The notes below the pieces were generated by a model. It was not told where the DNA came from. It made no database searches and saw nothing but the letters and a program-made list of their open reading frames with translations. Shown here piece after piece: positions 8,263 through 16,890 of a DNA stretch of 24,000 nucleotides. Each line of letters opens with the position of its first letter. Within the stretch, counting starts at the first letter, position 1. Position numbers and translations under genes: made by a program. Source of the DNA: Magnetovibrio sp. (lineage in GTDB: Bacteria > Pseudomonadota > Alphaproteobacteria > Rhodospirillales > Casp-alpha2); the NCBI GenBank assembly GCA_002722175.1, contig PBKU01000014.1, positions 57,735-81,734 on the forward strand, given 5' to 3'.

Positions 8263-9135
8263 ATGAAACTTGAAGGGCAAAAAATTGGTGTGATTGGAAT
8301 AGGGTTAATGGGCTTTCCCATTGCAAAAAATCTTCAAGCTGCAGGTGCTGAAGTAATTGTTTGCAATCGCTCAAAAGAATCCATCAAGGCACTTGTAGCT
8401 GAAGGAATGGTTGATGGAAAAAATCCGGCCAATGTTACAAAATTAGCTCGCACAATAATCCTACTGCTTCCAGATACCATGTCTGTAAAGGCCGTTATGG
8501 ATGGGCGAAGGGGGGTGCTAAAGGCGCTTGGCTCCGGGCAACTTGTGATAGATATGGGGACTACGGATGTATTGGCAACTAGGGGTTTCGCAAGTTCCGC
8601 AATCAAAAAAAATGCCATGTATGTCGATGCCCCTGTTTCAGGCGGAGTAATGGGGGCGAAAGATGGTTCGCTTAGTATTATGGTTGGAGGAACTGACTCT
8701 GCGTTTTGTGTGGCAACACCAATATTATCCGTTCTGGGGAAGCATATCACTCATATTGGCGAAGTTGGTGCGGGACAAATAGCAAAACTTGCGAATCAAA
8801 TAATAGTAGGATTGACTATCCAAGCTGTTGCAGAAGCATTGACTTTAGTGAAAAAGGCTGGGCTGAAACCAGAGGTGGTAAGGAGGGCTATTCAAGGTGG
8901 GTTCGCTGATTCCCGGGTACTTGAAGTTCATGGGAAGCGGATGATACAGGAAAATTTCATTCCTGGAGGCAAAAGCATTACCCAGTTAAAGGATTTGTCT
9001 CAGGCCATTGATTTAGCTGAAACTCTAGACCTTCAATTGCCAGCTACAAGGTTGGAGCTTGAATTATATAAGCGCCTAGTTGAAATGGGGCTAGGGGAAC
9101 TTGACCACTCGGCTGTGGTTAAAATATTGGAGTAA
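8263..9135 (+). CDS. NAD(P)-dependent oxidoreductase, 3-hydroxyisobutyrate dehydrogenase / 2-hydroxy-3-oxopropionate reductase family
   Basis: 290 aa. N-terminal Rossmann motif IGVIGIGLMGFPIAKNL, followed by DAPVSGG..GA..G.L.IMVGG and GAGQIAKLANQI, as in the MmsB/GarR family. AGGAG Shine-Dalgarno 11 nt upstream. The substrate cannot be inferred. Confidence 0.8.
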   Translation: MKLEGQKIGVIGIGLMGFPIAKNLQAAGAEVIVCNRSKESIKALVAEGMVDGKNPANVTKLARTIILLLPDTMSVKAVMDGRRGVLKALGSGQLVIDMGTTDVLATRGFASSAIKKNAMYVDAPVSGGVMGAKDGSLSIMVGGTDSAFCVATPILSVLGKHITHIGEVGAGQIAKLANQIIVGLTIQAVAEALTLVKKAGLKPEVVRRAIQGGFADSRVLEVHGKRMIQENFIPGGKSITQLKDLSQAIDLAETLDLQLPATRLELELYKRLVEMGLGELDHSAVVKILE

Positions 9136-9207
9136 TTTCCTTATCTTGAAATCGTAAAGAAATAGTTTTATTATCATCTGTTGGTTTATTTTATTTCAAG
9201 CAAGTCA

Positions 9208-9765
9208 CTATAATCTGTTTTTTCGCTTTGCTCGGCGAGAAGTGATAAATCGGAGTGATATAATATATCCTGATATAGCGCCAACTAGTGCATATGGAAT
9301 ACATCCGATAGTCATAGACATGCCAAGTTCTTCAAATATAAAAGTTCCGATTTCAAAAAAATTGGTCCAAGCACTTGTATCTTTTGAGTATGACGCCTTG
9401 AATGATGTGGAGAATTTATTATAACCGAGCAGGTTATCCCACTGGCCTACAAAAATTTGTCCAGTTACAAAAAAAATATAATACATTGGGATTGCAGTAA
9501 AAAAATTACTTACCCAGGTCCAGGCAAAGGCCAAGACAAGGCTAAAGTTGGAATGTCTAAAACGTTTCAGAGCAAACCAGGTCAATAGGCAAAGGGGCAT
9601 CTGAATGCCAACAGTCGGTGTTAACCCCCAGAATAGGCCAACGGCGACTCCTTTAGCTGAATATTCTGGTGGGAATTTGGATCGCTTAATTGGGATTATT
9701 AGTTTTAGGTTCGCGTATCGGTAGAATTTTACCCAATAACTTTTATTGTTTTTATTTAAAGACAT
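9208..9765 (-). CDS. DUF2062-family integral membrane protein
   Basis: 185 aa. Family-like N-terminal segment IPIKRSKFPPEYSAKGVAVGLFWGLTPTVGIQMPLCLL, followed by several hydrophobic helices and a basic tail. The assignment is by remembered family pattern only. Confidence 0.6.
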   Translation of the reverse strand: MSLNKNNKSYWVKFYRYANLKLIIPIKRSKFPPEYSAKGVAVGLFWGLTPTVGIQMPLCLLTWFALKRFRHSNFSLVLAFAWTWVSNFFTAIPMYYIFFVTGQIFVGQWDNLLGYNKFSTSFKASYSKDTSAWTNFFEIGTFIFEELGMSMTIGCIPYALVGAISGYIISLRFITSRRAKRKNRL

Positions 9766-10031
9766 TGTACGATTCTTATTTTGATTTAGCCATTATTATG
9801 AATTTACGAACTCATTAGTTTTACATAACTGTTCTAACGATATTAAAAAGACAATTTTCTTACTATGCTGAGAACCTAAAAAAGCAATTTAGAATAGGTG
9901 ATAATTTTTTTCACCAATTTATGTGATGTTACAGGGGTGTTTAAGGTTAGACTGAATGTTTAAGGTTGAACAGTTAAATGTCTTATCCTAGTTAGATTTT
10001 CTTGGATGATTAAAAATTAAAGGTAAAGAAC

Positions 10032-11423
10032 ATGATAGAGCGTTATTCCCGAGCTGAAATGGTTAAAATTTGGGAGCCGGCGAACAAATTTAAAATTTGG
10101 TTCGAGATTGAAGCGCATGCGTGTGATGCCTTGGCAAAGCAAGGGGTGATTCCCAAAAAAGCGGCTCAGGCAATTTGGGAAAAAGGTAATAAGGAATATA
10201 CTCTAGAGCGAATACGCAGAATTGAGGCGATTGAAGAGGAGACAAGGCATGATGTAATTGCATTTCTCACTGAGCTAGCAGAACATATTGGCGATGAAGC
10301 ACGTTATGTGCATAAAGGGATGACGTCATCAGATGTGCTGGATACCTGTATGGCGTTGCAGATGAAGCAGTCGTCTGATCTTATTCTGGCAAATATCAAC
10401 ACTTTAATGTGCATTCTTAGGAAAAGAGCAGAGGAGACAAAACTAACCCCTATCATGGGGCGCAGTCACGGAATTCATGCCGAACCCTTAACGATGGGCT
10501 TGAAGTTTGCACGATACTACAAAGAGTTTTCCCGAAATCAAAAACGCTTATTAATAGCGAAAGATGAAATATCGACCTGTGCAATTTCAGGTGCAGTAGG
10601 AACTTTTTCAAGCATTGACCCTAAAGTAGAGGGTTATGTCGCATCAAAACTCGGATTAGCTCCAGAACCTATTTCAACGCAAATTATTCCACGAGATCGC
10701 CATGCCTACTTTTTTGCGACACTTGGTGTTATTGCAAGTTCAGTAGAAAATCTAGCAACTGAAATACGCCATATGCAGAGGACAGAAGTTCGGGAAGTTC
10801 AGGAATACTTTTCCCCGAATCAGAAAGGCTCTAGTGCCATGCCCCACAAGCGAAACCCTATTCTTTCAGAAAACTTGACAGGTCTTGCCCGACTGGTTAG
10901 GGCCGCTGTTATACCTGCCCTTGAAAATGTAGCGCTTTGGCATGAAAGAGACATCAGTCACTCTTCAGTAGAAAGAGTTATAGCTCCGGATACGTTAATT
11001 ACTCTTGATTTTGCTCTTGTACGACTTTCAAAGATCCTGGAAGGACTTATTATATTACCTAACAATATGTTAACCAATTTGAATGCCTTTAGAGGAATTC
11101 ACGATACCCAGCGTGTGTTGTTATACTTAGTAGAAAAAGGTGTTTCGAGAGAAAAAGCGTACAAAATTGTGCAACGGAATGCTATGAAAGTATGGGAGTC
11201 TATAGAGGCAGGAGATATGTATAAGGGCCATATAGATGCGCCATTGGAAAGGAAAGTCGAGTCTATTACCAACAAAAATTGCTTAACTTATTTTTTAACC
11301 CAAGACGAGGAATTAAGAGAACTAATTACAGTTTCAGAATTAGAGTCGTTATTAAACAAGGAATCGCTTTCTTATTATATAAAGTGGGTTGATTTTATTT
11401 TTCAAAGGGTATTCCCTAAATAG
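10032..11423 (+). CDS. purB: Adenylosuccinate lyase
   Basis: 463 aa. MIERYSR.EM..IW, ETRHDVIAF, GMTSSDVLDT, MGRSHGIHAEP, the signature GSSAMPHKRNP, and LWHERDISHSS are all canonical PurB. It is ~25-30 aa longer than typical because of an apparent insertion near the C-terminus. Confidence 0.95.
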   Translation: MIERYSRAEMVKIWEPANKFKIWFEIEAHACDALAKQGVIPKKAAQAIWEKGNKEYTLERIRRIEAIEEETRHDVIAFLTELAEHIGDEARYVHKGMTSSDVLDTCMALQMKQSSDLILANINTLMCILRKRAEETKLTPIMGRSHGIHAEPLTMGLKFARYYKEFSRNQKRLLIAKDEISTCAISGAVGTFSSIDPKVEGYVASKLGLAPEPISTQIIPRDRHAYFFATLGVIASSVENLATEIRHMQRTEVREVQEYFSPNQKGSSAMPHKRNPILSENLTGLARLVRAAVIPALENVALWHERDISHSSVERVIAPDTLITLDFALVRLSKILEGLIILPNNMLTNLNAFRGIHDTQRVLLYLVEKGVSREKAYKIVQRNAMKVWESIEAGDMYKGHIDAPLERKVESITNKNCLTYFLTQDEELRELITVSELESLLNKESLSYYIKWVDFIFQRVFPK

Positions 11424-11560
11424 GCATTTAATATAAGGCAGGAGAGAACGACCAATGGCATGGGCCAGATAGAAGTAGCCTTTGATTCGCAGTAGATAGA
11501 TAAAATTAGAAACCATTAGTTATTATCAGCTGACCGCTGTACTAACTGAAACTAAGCAGA

Positions 11561-11890
11561 TTATTCTTCATTTTTCACTTGATTTTCGGCAACCTTTTGC
11601 AACTCAGCAATTTTTTCGCGTAGTAATTGCTCGGAAAGCTTACAGGCACGTTTTTCAACATCTAGCATTATTTTTTCAATAACATTTTCGATACCCGGAG
11701 CATCTAAGTCAATCATTACCAGTTCATTGGCATACTCTTGTGCTGCAGCCCCTTGAAGGCCGAAATGCTGTTCGCTTAACCATAGGCCAAGAAGTTTGTT
11801 GCGACGCGAATTAGCTTTAAACAGCAGTTCTTGAGATAAGTTATATTTTTGTTCTTCGCCTTTTCCTTTCTCTTTAAAGGTGTCAGCCAT
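11561..11890 (-). CDS. DUF1476 protein, homologue of the alphaproteobacterial F1-ATPase inhibitor zeta subunit
   Basis: 109 aa. The N-terminus ADTFKEKGKGEEQKY...ELLFKANSRRNKLLGLWLSEQ follows the pattern I recall for the Paracoccus zeta subunit family (TF.DRE...E.KF...E..FKA.ARRN.LLG.W). Strong GGAGGAG Shine-Dalgarno upstream of the ATG. Confidence 0.7.
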   Translation of the reverse strand: MADTFKEKGKGEEQKYNLSQELLFKANSRRNKLLGLWLSEQHFGLQGAAAQEYANELVMIDLDAPGIENVIEKIMLDVEKRACKLSEQLLREKIAELQKVAENQVKNEE

Positions 11891-12015
11891 AGGATACTCC
11901 TCCGCAATTTTCGTTGTGTTCTAATAAACGTGAATTTATTAATTCTAAATGTCTCCAACTTTTGAATAAAACGAAACAATGTTATTCTACCTAATATTGA
12001 TAGTTTGGAAAACAT

Positions 12016-12771
12016 ATGTGTACTTTTGTTATTCTACGTCGTCCTAAGCATTGTTGGCCAGTATTGATTGCAGCTAACCGAGATGAAATGGCTAATCGAT
12101 CATGGCAATTTCCTAGCCGGCATTGGCAAAACCAATTGAATATAGTGGGCGGGCTGGATGAAGATGCAGGTGGCACTTGGCTAGCAATTAATGACCGAGG
12201 GTTGATTTCGGGAATTCTAAATAGGAAAACTGTGCTTCGTGCTTCTGCAAAGAAGACTTCCCGCGGTAAAATACCATTAGAGGCTTTAGGATATTCAGCG
12301 GCTTTAGACGCCGCCAATGCTTTATGTGACCTTAATCCAAAAGACTACAACCCCTTTAATTTGATAATTATAGATGCAAATAATGCTTTGTGGCTTCGTG
12401 CAGCTGAAAATGCTTCCGAAATAGAAGTTAGGCAAATTCCTGAAGGGTTTTCAATGATCACTGAACAAGACCTTAATGACATAGAAAAGTCGGTCAGGAT
12501 CAAAAAATATTTACCACAGTTTAAGGATGCCAAGATACCAAACCCTGGTCAGGATGATTGGCAAGATTGGGAAACAATATTGGCTGATACTAGTAGCGAG
12601 TCAAGTGAGGAGCTTGCCGATTCCATGTTTGTCAATAATACGACTAATTTTTGTACCGTTTCCTCAAGTCTTTTGGCATTGCCAATCAAGTCAAGTCGCG
12701 CTTATAAACCTATTTGGCGTTTCAATTCTTTTTTGTTAAACCAAGGTGAGTACTCTCATGTTTTAAAATAA
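12016..12771 (+). CDS. NRDE-family protein (TANGO2 / DUF833 homologue)
   Basis: 251 aa. Begins MCTFVILRRPKHCWPVLIAANRDE, i.e. the conserved N-terminal Cys2 and the eponymous NRDE motif. Also contains GGTWLAINDRG. Confidence 0.75.
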   Translation: MCTFVILRRPKHCWPVLIAANRDEMANRSWQFPSRHWQNQLNIVGGLDEDAGGTWLAINDRGLISGILNRKTVLRASAKKTSRGKIPLEALGYSAALDAANALCDLNPKDYNPFNLIIIDANNALWLRAAENASEIEVRQIPEGFSMITEQDLNDIEKSVRIKKYLPQFKDAKIPNPGQDDWQDWETILADTSSESSEELADSMFVNNTTNFCTVSSSLLALPIKSSRAYKPIWRFNSFLLNQGEYSHVLK

Positions 12772-12829
12772 AATATTTACGGATCACCTCAATTTTGCGA
12801 ATGTCATCACTTTTTTTAAGTGTTTTAAT

Positions 12830-13069
12830 ATGAAACTAAAAATTCACATCAGGCTGAAGGCCGGCGTCCTTGACCCTCAGGGCCAAGCTACAAGGAATGC
12901 ACTGCATTCCCTAGGGTTCACAACAGTGGAAGATGTGCGTCTAGGTAAGTTTATTGAATTGGATATTGAGGAAAAGGATCCTCAGAGAGCTAATCGTATA
13001 GCAAAAGAAATGTGTGATCAGCTTCTCGCAAATGTTGTTGTTGAAGAATATTCAATAGATATAATTTAA
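12830..13069 (+). CDS. purS: Phosphoribosylformylglycinamidine synthase subunit PurS
   Basis: 79 aa. It has the LKAGVLDPQGQA....L..LGF motif and sits directly upstream of purQ. Confidence 0.92.
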   Translation: MKLKIHIRLKAGVLDPQGQATRNALHSLGFTTVEDVRLGKFIELDIEEKDPQRANRIAKEMCDQLLANVVVEEYSIDII

Positions 13070-13085
13070 GGAAAAGTTACCCCTT

Positions 13086-13763
13086 ATGAAAATAGCGGTT
13101 ATTATTTTCCCCGGTTCAAACTGTGACCGTGATACCAAGAAGGCAGTGGCACAAACGTTAGGGTGTCCGCCTATAATGCACTGGCATGCAGATGTGGAAC
13201 TCCCAAAAGTCGATTGTGTTATTTTACCAGGTGGATTCTCATATGGCGATTACCTTCGTTCTGGGGCTATGGCAGCACATTCGCCAGTAATGCGCGAGGT
13301 AGTCGGCCAGGCTAAGAAGGGTATTTTAGTGATTGGGATTTGCAACGGTTTTCAGATATTAACTGAAGTAGGGTTGCTGCCAGGAGTATTAATGCGAAAC
13401 AAAAATTTAAAATTTGTTTGCCGTAAAGTTTGGTTATCGATTGAAACAACCAAAAATATTTTCACAAGCCGTTATAGGAAGGGGGAGATCATTGGTGTTC
13501 CCATCGCTCACCATGATGGCAATTATTTTGCTGATGAATATAATCTGAAAATGCTCCAAGATAATGATCAAGTAGTACTGCGTTATGTTGATTCAGCAGG
13601 CAGACGAGGCCCGGATACAAATCCAAACGGCTCTGTCGATGATATTGCGGGAATCTTAAACAAAGGAAAAAATGTTTTAGGAATGATGCCGCATCCGGAA
13701 AGGGCTGTTGATGAGGCAATAGGCGGAACATCAGGTCGAAGATTTTTTGAGTCAATCACTTGA
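13086..13763 (+). CDS. purQ: Phosphoribosylformylglycinamidine synthase I, glutaminase subunit PurQ
   Basis: 225 aa. Contains MKIAVIIFPGSNCDRD, LPGGFSYGDYLR, the catalytic GICNGFQIL, and MMPHPER. Confidence 0.95.
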   Translation: MKIAVIIFPGSNCDRDTKKAVAQTLGCPPIMHWHADVELPKVDCVILPGGFSYGDYLRSGAMAAHSPVMREVVGQAKKGILVIGICNGFQILTEVGLLPGVLMRNKNLKFVCRKVWLSIETTKNIFTSRYRKGEIIGVPIAHHDGNYFADEYNLKMLQDNDQVVLRYVDSAGRRGPDTNPNGSVDDIAGILNKGKNVLGMMPHPERAVDEAIGGTSGRRFFESIT

Positions 13764-13854
13764 AAATTAATTATTTTAGAGAACGAAGCTTGAAAAAAAT
13801 ACGGAGCAATCGTTGTAGGGTTGCTAAAGTATTACCTTCTGTTAATTAAAGCCC

Positions 13855-16038
13855 ATGAACCAAATTGGCATTGCAGAAATTAAAGAACACGGTTTAACTC
13901 AAAGCGAGTATAAGCTGATTTGTGAAATCCTTGGGCGAGAGCCCAACGTTACTGAGCTTGGCATTTTTTCTGTCATGTGGTCAGAGCATTGTTCCTATAA
14001 ATCTTCAAAAAAATGGCTAAAGATATTGCCGTCAAACAGCCCCAGAGTGATTTATGGGCCAGGTGAAAACGCGGGAGCAGTGGATATTGGAGATGGGCAA
14101 GCTGTAATTTTTAAAATGGAAAGCCATAACCATCCCAGTTATCTGGAACCTTATCAGGGTGCAGCAACCGGCGTTGGTGGTATATTAAGAGATATATTTA
14201 CAATGGGGGCCAGGCCAATTGCAAATTTGAATTCGCTACGTTTCGGTGCACCTGAACACCATAAAACAAGACATCTTGTAGCTGGGGTTGTTGCCGGCAT
14301 TGGGGGATATGGCAATTGCGTTGGCGTCCCAACAGTGGGAGGGGAATGTGAATTTGATGCGAGCTATAATGAAAATATTCTAGTGAACGCAATGACAGTT
14401 GGAATAGCAAATAAGGAAAATATTTTTTGTTCAACTGCTAAAGGTGTTGGTAATTCCGTTATTTATGTTGGTTCAAAAACAGGGCGCGATGGGATCCATG
14501 GCGCAACGATGGCATCAGCCGAATTTTCTGACGATTCAGGATCAAAGCGCCCAACAGTTCAAGTTGGAGACCCATTTACAGAGAAACTGCTTATCGAAGC
14601 GTGTCTTGAACTAATGGACAGGAGACTTTTAGTCGCAATTCAGGATATGGGGGCAGCTGGGCTAACATCTTCTTCTTTTGAGATGGCATCTAAAGGCGGG
14701 TTGGGAGTGGAAATTGAACTGGAAAAAGTTCCACAACGAGAAAAGGGAATGACGCCTTACGAAATTATGTTGTCAGAGAGTCAGGAACGAATGTTGATGA
14801 TCGTAGAGCCCGATTCTGAATCGCAAGCTAGAAAGATTTTTGAAAAGTGGGAATTGAACTTTGCGGTTATTGGGAAGTTAACGGATACAGGGCATTTAAT
14901 TCTGAAAAACAATGGTGAGTTAATAGCCAATTTACCAATTGACCCACTTGCATCAGCTTCGCCAGAGTACGATCGACCTTGGGAGCCAACAACCCCTCAA
15001 CCGATAATTCCTCGGGATGATGCAGAGTTTTTGAGAGACCCCTTAGAGGTTCTTGAGCTGTTGCTGCGTTTGCCTAATCTCTCTTCTAAACGCTGGGTTT
15101 GGGAACAATACGATCATATGATTATGACGGAAACAGTGGTTCCACCTGGGGGTGATGCTGCCATAGTTAGGATTCCGGATACGCAGAAAGGGCTAGCACT
15201 TACTGCAGATTGCACGCCACGTTATGTGCATGCTGATCCGGAGGAGGGAGGTAGGCAGGCTGTTGCCGAAGCGTGGCGAAACTTAACGGCTGTTGGCTCT
15301 GAGCCTCTCGCGATAACAGATAATTTGAACTTTGGAAATCCTGAAAAACCTAGAGCTATGGGCCAGTTCGTTGGCGCTATTAAAGGTATTGCTGATGCAT
15401 GTGATTTACTTGACTTCCCGGTAGTTTCGGGAAATGTTTCACTGTACAACGAAACGAATGGAAAGCCTATTTTGCCAACACCTACGATTGGGGGGGTTGG
15501 ATTGCTTTCTGATTTTAGGAAGCATGTGACTATAGCCTTTAAGGAAGAAGAGGAAAATATTGTAATTGTCGGGGAAACCCTGGGTCACCTAGGTGCTTCA
15601 CTGTTGATAAAGGAAATCAAAGGCTCATTCGTTGGCCCCCCTCCCCCTGTCGATTTAGTAAATGAGAAAAAAAACGGGGATTTTGTCAGGAAAGAAATCA
15701 TTGAAGGGAACGTGACAGCATGTCACGATATTTCAGATGGGGGTCTTTTAGTTTCAATTGCTGAAATGGCAATTGCGGCTAATATTGGCGCCAAAATCTC
15801 TCCCCCGAGCAATTTTCTGGCTCAAGCCTGGGCCTTTGGTGAAGACCAGGCGCGATATGTAGTAACCACGAAAAATGTCGAGGGGCTGCTGTATCGCGCA
15901 TCCAAAGCCGGTATTGTTGCATGTTGCATTGGCATTACTAGTGGAGAGGCAATTTCTGTTTCTAATTTTGGCGAAAGAAAAGTAGCAAAACTAAAAAAGT
16001 TAAACGAATCCTGGCTTCCGAGTTTTATGAATGGATGA
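13855..16038 (+). CDS. purL: Phosphoribosylformylglycinamidine synthase II, PurL
   Basis: 727 aa. Contains [53 protein letters not shown], and the duplicated AIR-synthase-like domains. Stop TGA at 16036-16038. Confidence 0.97.
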   Translation: MNQIGIAEIKEHGLTQSEYKLICEILGREPNVTELGIFSVMWSEHCSYKSSKKWLKILPSNSPRVIYGPGENAGAVDIGDGQAVIFKMESHNHPSYLEPYQGAATGVGGILRDIFTMGARPIANLNSLRFGAPEHHKTRHLVAGVVAGIGGYGNCVGVPTVGGECEFDASYNENILVNAMTVGIANKENIFCSTAKGVGNSVIYVGSKTGRDGIHGATMASAEFSDDSGSKRPTVQVGDPFTEKLLIEACLELMDRRLLVAIQDMGAAGLTSSSFEMASKGGLGVEIELEKVPQREKGMTPYEIMLSESQERMLMIVEPDSESQARKIFEKWELNFAVIGKLTDTGHLILKNNGELIANLPIDPLASASPEYDRPWEPTTPQPIIPRDDAEFLRDPLEVLELLLRLPNLSSKRWVWEQYDHMIMTETVVPPGGDAAIVRIPDTQKGLALTADCTPRYVHADPEEGGRQAVAEAWRNLTAVGSEPLAITDNLNFGNPEKPRAMGQFVGAIKGIADACDLLDFPVVSGNVSLYNETNGKPILPTPTIGGVGLLSDFRKHVTIAFKEEEENIVIVGETLGHLGASLLIKEIKGSFVGPPPPVDLVNEKKNGDFVRKEIIEGNVTACHDISDGGLLVSIAEMAIAANIGAKISPPSNFLAQAWAFGEDQARYVVTTKNVEGLLYRASKAGIVACCIGITSGEAISVSNFGERKVAKLKKLNESWLPSFMNG

Positions 16039-16132
16039 GTTTAGTACAATACCCATAAATTATAAAGGGTTGACCTGGGGTCCCGTGAGGTCCATATCAC
16101 CAAAGGTATCAAGAAAGGGCGGCAAAGTGTCG

Positions 16133-16366
16133 ATGAAAGCGGAAGAGATTGAACGTTTGATAAAAGAAGCTTTGCCAGATGCACAAGTTAACATCAGCGA
16201 TCTGGCAGGAGACGGGGATCATTATTCAGCGCTTGTAATCTCACGCCAATTTGAAGGAAAGACACGGGTCCAGCAGCATCAATTGGTTTACGACGCCTTG
16301 CAGGGGAGAATGGGGAATGAATTGCATGCGTTGGCGCTTCAAACGAGCGCTCCAAAAGCTTTATGA
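16133..16366 (+). CDS. BolA/IbaG-family protein
   Basis: The 77-aa product MKAEEIERLIKEALPDAQVNISDLAGDGDHYSALVISRQFEGKTRVQQHQLVYDAL....LHALALQT is a full-length short BolA-type protein. The ORF track begins 34 codons earlier, at an ATG at 16031 that overlaps the purL stop. A GTG at 16127 is another option. I prefer 16133 on length grounds. Confidence 0.8.
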   Translation: MKAEEIERLIKEALPDAQVNISDLAGDGDHYSALVISRQFEGKTRVQQHQLVYDALQGRMGNELHALALQTSAPKAL

Positions 16367-16388
16367 AATATAACGGAAGGGCTAGAAC

Positions 16389-16724
16389 ATGAGCGATAAT
16401 CCTGTATTTGAGCAGTTGCAGAACGAAGTTGATGACAATGATGTCGTTTTATTCATGAAAGGTACCCCAATGTTTCCACAGTGCGGTTTTTCTGCTGCTG
16501 TTGTTCAAACCTTGACCATGGCAGGTGTGAAATTTAAAGGGATAAACGTGCTTGATGATATGGAAACCCGAGAAGGTGTTAAACAATTTTCTAATTGGCC
16601 AACTATTCCCCAACTTTACGTAAAAGGAGAATTCGTCGGGGGTTGCGATATTATCCGTGAAATGGAGAGCTCTGGCGAATTAAAACAATTGTTTGAAGAA
16701 AAGGGTGTTGAGTACGCAAATTAA
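16389..16724 (+). CDS. grxD: Monothiol glutaredoxin, Grx4 family
   Basis: 111 aa. Contains VVLFMKGTPMFPQCGFSAAVVQTL (CGFS active site), WPTIPQLYVKGEFVGGCDI, and a GGAAGGG Shine-Dalgarno upstream. Confidence 0.93.
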   Translation: MSDNPVFEQLQNEVDDNDVVLFMKGTPMFPQCGFSAAVVQTLTMAGVKFKGINVLDDMETREGVKQFSNWPTIPQLYVKGEFVGGCDIIREMESSGELKQLFEEKGVEYAN

Positions 16725-16781
16725 TTGGATAAAGCCCAGAAAGAGGCTTTAACGCTCCGTTTCCTAGGGAGCGAAAATGGG

Positions 16782-16815
16782 GAAGCGTCAGCAATGTGGC
16801 GCTTCTCTCATTTTA
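16782..16815 (+). terminator. Candidate rho-independent terminator after grxD
   Basis: 9-bp stem GAAGCGTCA (16782-16790) / TGGCGCTTC (16797-16805) including one G-T wobble, with a 6-nt loop GCAATG. It is followed by TCTCATTTTA. Confidence 0.55.
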
Positions 16816-16850
16816 AAGCTGTTATGTTTGAAAAGCCAAGGCGTTCTTAG

Positions 16851-16881
16851 TGCAGAAAACAAGGTGTCCTATGGAGACACC
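16851..16881 (-). terminator. Candidate rho-independent terminator after pheT
   Basis: The minus strand reads GGTGTC-TCCATAG-GACACC (6-bp GC-rich stem, 16881-16863) followed by TTGTTTTCTGC. It starts 10 nt after the pheT stop. Confidence 0.6.
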
Positions 16882-16890
16882 GGGAAAGTA

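Noticed and set aside
9145-9200. 8-bp inverted repeat CTTGAAAT / ATTTCAAG separated by 40 nt, between the convergent oxidoreductase and DUF2062 genes
   Set aside because: The stem is AT-rich with a very long loop and no adjoining T-tract, so it does not make a credible terminator or element boundary. It is mentioned only as a possible weak bidirectional structure.
9766-10031. Looked for a ZTP (pfl) or purine riboswitch upstream of purB, and likewise upstream of the NRDE gene and purS (11891-12015, 12772-12829)
   Set aside because: These regions are AT-rich and lack the GC-rich conserved cores of those riboswitch classes. No supporting stems were found by eye.
11455-11472. 5-codon ORF (MAWAR) with a good AGGAGA Shine-Dalgarno, just downstream of purB
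   Set aside because: It is too short to evaluate. It lies in a convergent 137-bp spacer where no clear terminators or conserved features are visible, so the Shine-Dalgarno-like string is probably fortuitous.
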